From the human T2T-CHM13v2.0 reference genome, Homo sapiens, in the NCBI RefSeq assembly GCF_009914755.1, contig NC_060925.1: a stretch of 64,000 nt of DNA; one strand, 5' to 3'. A program made the translations under genes and the position numbers. Position 1 is the first letter of the stretch. Each line of letters begins with the position of its first letter. The notes below the pieces were generated by a model. It made no database searches. It saw only the letters and a program-made list of their open reading frames with translations, and had not been told where the DNA came from. Positions 57,901-64,000 of this stretch are shown here, piece after piece.

Positions 57901-60900
57901 TGGATTCGAATGGAATCATCGAATAAAATTGATTGAAATCATCATCCAATGGAATCGAATGGTATCATTGAATGGAATCGAATGGAATCATCATCAGATG
58001 GAAATGAATGGAATCGTCATAGAATGGAATCGAATGGATTCATTGAATGGAATCAGATGGAATCATCGAATGGACTGCAATGGAATCATTGAATGGACTC
58101 GAAAGGGATCATTATTGAATGGAATTGAATGGAATCATCGAATGGTCTCGATTGGAATCATTATCAAATGGAATCGAATGGAATCACCGAATAGAATCGA
58201 ATGGAACAATCATCGAATGGACTCAAATGGAATTATCCTCCAATGGAATCGAATGAAATTATCGAATGCAATCGAATGGAATTATCGAATGCAATCGAAT
58301 AGAATCATCGAATGGACTCGAATGGAATCATCGAATGGAATGGAATGGAACAGTCAATGAACTCGAATGGAATCATCATTGAATGGAATCGAATGGAATC
58401 ATCGAGTGGAATCGAATGGAATTATGATCAAATGGAATCGAATGTAATCATCATCAAATGGAATCAAAAATAACCATCATCAATTGGTATTGAATGGAAT
58501 TGTCATCAAATGGAATTCAAAGGAATCATCATCAAATGGAACCGAATGGAATCCTCATTGAATGGAAATGAAAGGGGTCATCATCTAATGGAATCGCATG
58601 GAATCATCATCAAATGGAATCGAATGGAATCATCATCAAATGGAATCTAATGGAATCATTGAACAGAATTGAATGGAATCGTCATCGAATGAATTGAATG
58701 CAATCATCGAATGGTCTCGAATGGAATCATCTTCTAATGGAAAGGAATGGAATCATCGCATAGAATCGAATGGAATTATCATCGAATGGAATCGAATGGT
58801 ATCAACACCAAACGGAAAAATACGGAATTATCGAATGGAATCGAAGAGAATCTTCGAACGGACCCGAATGGAATCATCTAATGGAATGGAATGGAATAAT
58901 CCATGGACTCGAATGCAATCATCATCGAATGGAATGGAATGGAATCATCGAATGGACTCGAATGGAATAATCATTGAACGGAATCGAATGGAATCATCAT
59001 CGGATGGAAACGAATGGAATCATCATCGAATGGAAATGAAAGGAGTCATCATCTAATGGAATTGCATGGAATCATCATAAAATGGAATCGAATGGAATCA
59101 ACATCAAATGGAATCAAATGGAATCATTGAACGGAATTGAATGGAATCGTCATCGAATGAATTGACTGCAATCATCGAATGGTCTCGAATGGAATCATCT
59201 TCAAATGGAATGGAATGGAATCATCGCATAGAATCGAATGGAATTATCATCGAATGGAATCGAATGGAATCAACATCAAACGGAAAAAAACGGAATTATC
59301 GAATGGAATCGAAGAGAATCATCGAATGGACCCGAATGGAATCATCTAATGGAATGGAATGGAATAATCCATGGACTCGAATGCAATCATCATCGAATGG
59401 AATCGAATGGAATCATCGAATGGACTCGAATGGAGTAATCATTGAACGGAATCGAATGGAATCATCATCGGATGGAAATGAATGGAATCATCATCGAATG
59501 GAATCGAATAGAATTATGGAATGAAATCCAGTGTGATCATCATCGAATGGACCCGAATGGAATCATCATCCAATGGAAGCTAATGGAATCAACATCGAAT
59601 GAATCGAATGGAAACACCATCGAATTGAAACGAATGGAATTATCATGAAATTGAAATGGATGGACTCATCATCGAATGGATTCGAATGGAATCATCGAAT
59701 AAAATTGATTGAAATCATCATCCAATGGAATCGAATGGTATCGTTGAATGGAAACGAATGGAATCATCATCAGATGGAAATGAATGGAATCGTCATAGAA
59801 TGGAATCGAATGGATTCATTGAATGGAATCAGATGGAATCATCGAATGGACTGGAATGGAATCATTGAATGGACTCGAAAGGGATCATTATTGAATGGAA
59901 TTGAATGGAATCATCGAATGGTCTCGATTGGAATCATTATCAAATGGAATCGAATGGAATCACCGAATAGAATCGAATGGAACAATCATCGAATGGACTC
60001 AAATGGAATTATCCTCCAATGGAATCGAATGGAATTATCGAATGCAATCGAATAGAATCATCGAATGGACTCGAATGGAATCATCGAATGGAATGGAATG
60101 GAACAGTCAATGAACTCGAATGGAATCATCATTGAATGGAATCGAATGGAATCATCGAGTGGAATCGAATGGAATTATGATCAAATGGAATCGAATGTAA
60201 TCATCATCAAATGGAATCAAAAATAACCATCATCAATTGGTATTGAATGGAATTGTCATCAAATGGAATTCAAAGGAATCATCATCAAATGGAACCGAAT
60301 GGAATCCTCATTGAATGGAAATGAAAGGGGTCATCATCTAATGGAATCGCATGGAATCATCATCAAATGGAATCGAATGGAATCATCATCAAATGGAATC
60401 TAATGGAATCATTGAACAGAATTGAATGGAATCGTCATCGAATGAATTGAATGCAATCATCGAATGGTCTCGAATGGAATCATCTTCTAATGGAAAGGAA
60501 TGGAATCATCGCATAGAATCGAATGGAATTATCATCGAATGGAATCAAATGGTATCAACACCAAACGGAAAAAAACGGAATTATCGAATGGAATCGAAGA
60601 GAATCTTCGAACGGACCCAAATGGAATCATCTAATGGAATGGAATGGAATAATCCATGGACTCGAATGCAATCATCATCGAATGGAATGGAATGGAATCA
60701 TCGAATGGACTCGAATGGAATAATCATTGAACGGAATCGAATGGAATCATCATCGGATGGAAACGAATGGAATCATCATCGAATGGAAATGAAAGGAGTC
60801 ATCATCTAATGGAATTGCATGGAATCATCATAAAATGGAATCGAATGGAATCAACCTCAAATGGAATCAAATGGAATCATTGAACGGAATTGAATGGAAT

Positions 60901-63500
60901 CGTCATCGAATGAATTGACTGCAATCATCGAATGGTCTCGAATGGAATCATCTTCAAATGGAATGGAATGGAATCATCGCATAGAATCGAATGGAATTAT
61001 CATCGAATGGAATCGAATGGAATCAACATCAAACGGAAAAAAACGGAATTATCGAATGGAATCGAAGAGAATCATCGAATGGACCCGAATGGAATCATCT
61101 AATGGAATGGAATGGAATAATCCATGGACTCGAATGCAATCATCATCGAATGGAATCGAATGGAATCATCGAATGGACTCGAATGGAATAATCATTGAAC
61201 GGAATCGAATGGAATCATCATCGGATGGAAATGAATGGAATCATCATCGAATGGAATCGAATAGAATTATGGAATGAAATCCAGTGTGATCATCATCGAA
61301 TGGACCCGAATGGAATCATCATCCAACGGAAGCTAATGGAATCAACATCGAATGAATCGAATGGAAACACCATCGAATTGAAACGAATGGAATTATCATG
61401 AAATTGAAATGGATGGACTCATCATCGAATGGATTCGAATGGAATCATCGAATAAAATTGATTGAAATCATCATCCAATGGAATCGAATGGTATCATTGA
61501 ATGGAATCGAATGGAATCATCATCAGATGGAAATGAATGGAATCGTCATAGAATGGAATCGAATGGATTCATTGAATGGAATCAGATGGAATCATCGAAT
61601 GGACTGCAATGGAATCATTGAATGGACTCGAAAGGGATCATTATTGAATGGAATTGAATGGAATCATCGAATGGTCTCGATTGGAATCATTATCAAATGG
61701 AATCGAATGGAATCACCGAATAGAATCGAATGGAACAATCATCGAATGGACTCAAATGGAATTATCCTCCAATGGAATCGAATGAAATTATCGAATGCAA
61801 TCGAATGGAATTATCGAATGCAATCGAATAGAATCATCGAATGGACTCGAATGGAATCATCGAATGGAATGGAATGGAACAGTCAATGAACTCGAATGGA
61901 ATCATCATTGAATGGAATCGAATGGAATCATCGAGTGGAATCGAATGGAATTATGATCAAATGGAATCGAATGTAATCATCATCAAATGGAATCAAAAAT
62001 AACCATCATCAATTGGTATTGAATGGAATTGTCATCAAATGGAATTCAAAGGAATCATCATCAAATGGAACCGAATGGAATCCTCATTGAATGGAAATGA
62101 AAGGGGTCATCATCTAATGGAATCGCATGGAATCATCATCAAATGGAATCGAATGGAATCATCATCAAATGGAATCTAATGGAATCATTGAACAGAATTG
62201 AATGGAATCGTCATCGAATGAATTGAATGCAATCATCGAATGGTCTCGAATGGAATCATCTTCTAATGGAAAGGAATGGAATCATCGCATAGAATCGAAT
62301 GGAATTATCATCGAATGGAATCGAATGGTATCAACACCAAACGGAAAAATACGGAATTATCGAATGGAATCGAAGAGAATCTTCGAACGGACCCGAATGG
62401 AATCATCTAATGGAATGGAATGGAATAATCCATGGACTCGAATGCAATCATCATCGAATGGAATGGAATGGAATCATCGAATGGACTCGAATGGAATAAT
62501 CATTGAACGGAATCGAATGGAATCATCATCGGATGGAAACGAATGGAATCATCATCGAATGGAAATGAAAGGAGTCATCATCTAATGGAATTGCATGGAA
62601 TCATCATAAAATGGAATCGAATGGAATCAACATCAAATGGAATCAAATGGAATCATTGAACGGAATTGAATGGAATCGTCATCGAATGAATTGACTGCAA
62701 TCATCGAATGGTCTCGAATGGAATCATCTTCAAATGGAATGGAATGGAATCATCGCATAGAATCGAATGGAATTATCATCGAATGGAATCGAATGGAATC
62801 AACATCAAACGGAAAAAAACGGAATTATCGAATGGAATCGAAGAGAATCATCGAATGGACCCGAATGGAATCATCTAATGGAATGGAATGGAATAATCCA
62901 TGGACTCGAATGCAATCATCATCGAATGGAATCGAATGGAATCATCGAATGGACTCGAATGGAGTAATCATTGAACGGAATCGAATGGAATCATCATCGG
63001 ATGGAAATGAATGGAATCATCATCGAATGGAATCGAATAGAATTATGGAATGAAATCCAGTGTGATCATCATCGAATGGACCCGAATGGAATCATCATCC
63101 AACGGAAGCTAATGGAATCAACATCGAATGAATCGAATGGAAACACCATCGAATTGAAACGAATGGAATTATCATGAAATTGAAATGGATGGACTCATCA
63201 TCGAATGGATTCGAATGGAATCACCGAATAAAATTGATTGAAATCATCATCCAATGGAATCGAATGGTATCGTTGAATGGAAACGAATGGAATCATCATC
63301 AGATGGAAATGAATGGAATCGTCATAGAATGGAATCGAATGGATTCATTGAATGGAATCAGATGGAATCATCGAATGGACTGGAATGGAATCATTGAATG
63401 GACTCGAAAGGGATCATTATTGAATGGAATTGAATGGAATCATCGAATGGTCTCGATTGGAATCATTATCAAATGGAATCGAATGGAATCACCGAATAGA
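49000..63500 (+). repeat. 3529-bp dimeric higher-order repeat (1753 + 1776), with one extra monomer near 53.4 kb
   Basis: 'ggaaaaatacgg' at ~49980, 55285, 58814 and 62343 (spacings 5305, 3529, 3529). Single 23-mer at 51193, 56498 and 60027. 'gactgcaatgg' at ~49239, 52768, 54544, 58073 and 61602. Confidence 0.88.
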
Positions 63501-64000
63501 ATCGAATGGAACAATCATCGAATGGACTCAAATGGAATTATCCTCCAATGGAATCGAATGGAATTATCGAATGCAATCGAATGGAATTATCGAATGCAAT
63601 CGAATAGAATCATCGAATGGACTCGAATGGAATCATCGAATGGAATGGAATGGAACAGTCAATGAACTCGAATGGAATCATCATTGAATGGAATCGAATG
63701 GAATCATCGAGTGGAATCGAATGGAATTATGATCAAATGGAATCGAATGTAATCATCATCAAATGGAATCAAAAATAACCATCATCAATTGGTATTGAAT
63801 GGAATTGTCATCAAATGGAATTCAAAGGAATCATCATCAAATGGAACCGAATGGAATCCTCATTGAATGGAAATGAAAGGGGTCATCATCTAATGGAATC
63901 GCATGGAATCATCATCAAATGGAATCGAATGGAATCATCATCAAATGGAATCTAATGGAATCATTGAACAGAATTGAATGGAATCGTCATCGAATGAATT

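Larger units (their letters stand above)
1..64000 (+). repeat. Human satellite II (HSat2/HSATII) tandem array, 1776-bp unit, ~37 units, probably the chr1q12 pericentromeric HSat2A2/D1Z1 array
   Basis: Seen: continuous GAATGGAATC(ATC)n(GAATG) pattern with dense TCGA and no interruption or strand switch. The landmark 'atggaatcgtcatcgaatgaattga' (first sub-repeat) recurs at 646, 2422, 4198 ... 62202, 63978, mostly 1776 bp apart. Established knowledge: ATC-triplet-containing GAATG satellite is HSat2, whereas HSat3 is mostly pure (GAATG)n; a ~1.77-kb EcoRI unit is typical of the chr1q12 array. Confidence 0.97.

Noticed and set aside
88-63687. All listed plus-strand ORFs (60-178 aa, rich in MEWN/NGIE/ESS)
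   Set aside because: They are direct translations of the GAATG/ATC satellite in overlapping frames and recur every unit. They resemble no protein domain I recognise, and they are freely broken by stops and non-triplet indels (e.g. 15363, 32025, 46385).
1-64000. CRISPR-like array or prokaryotic repeat system
   Set aside because: There are no unique spacers between repeats and no leader or cas genes. The whole sequence is a tandem satellite.
1-64000. HSat3 (e.g. the ~3.5-kb DYZ1 unit) as the explanation for the 3552/3529-bp periods
   Set aside because: The abundant ATC triplets and TCGA are HSat2-type, and the ~3.5-kb periods resolve into two ~1.77-kb monomers.
1-64000. Inversion or transposon (Alu/L1) insertion
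   Set aside because: I saw no CATTC-strand segment or non-satellite sequence, and landmark spacings account for all bases.
1-64000. Absence of minus-strand ORFs as a strand-specific coding signal
   Set aside because: Plus-strand TCA/TCATCA reads as TGA stops on the minus strand, so composition alone explains it.

Overview
The whole 64 kb window is one uninterrupted, single-orientation array of human satellite II (HSat2/HSATII), shown on the purine-rich GAATG strand. It is built from diverged GAATG pentamers and ATC triplets (GAATG-GAATC-ATC-ATC-GAATG). The repeat unit is 1776 bp, with one conserved EcoRI site per unit and an internal 468-bp tandem duplication. This matches the classical ~1.77-kb chromosome 1q12 pericentromeric satellite (D1Z1/pUC1.77, HSat2A2); the chromosome assignment comes from prior knowledge, not a search. 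About 37 units are present. I see no genes, RNA genes, transposon insertions, inversions or CRISPR arrays, and every listed ORF is a translation of the satellite. What is informative is the internal architecture, which falls into three domains. (i) A near-perfect 3552-bp dimeric higher-order repeat at 1-~15.3 kb. (ii) A mosaic middle zone at ~15.4-49 kb, with 1331-, 1308-, 1750-, 1766- and 1775-bp variant units and non-adjacent block duplications at offsets of 6658, 11541 and 10185 bp. (iii) A different 3529-bp dimer at ~49-63.5 kb. Conversion-like patches, indels sized to the satellite's own 10/23/26-bp modules and CpG-decay variants are also visible. I did not find a previously undescribed biological system here.
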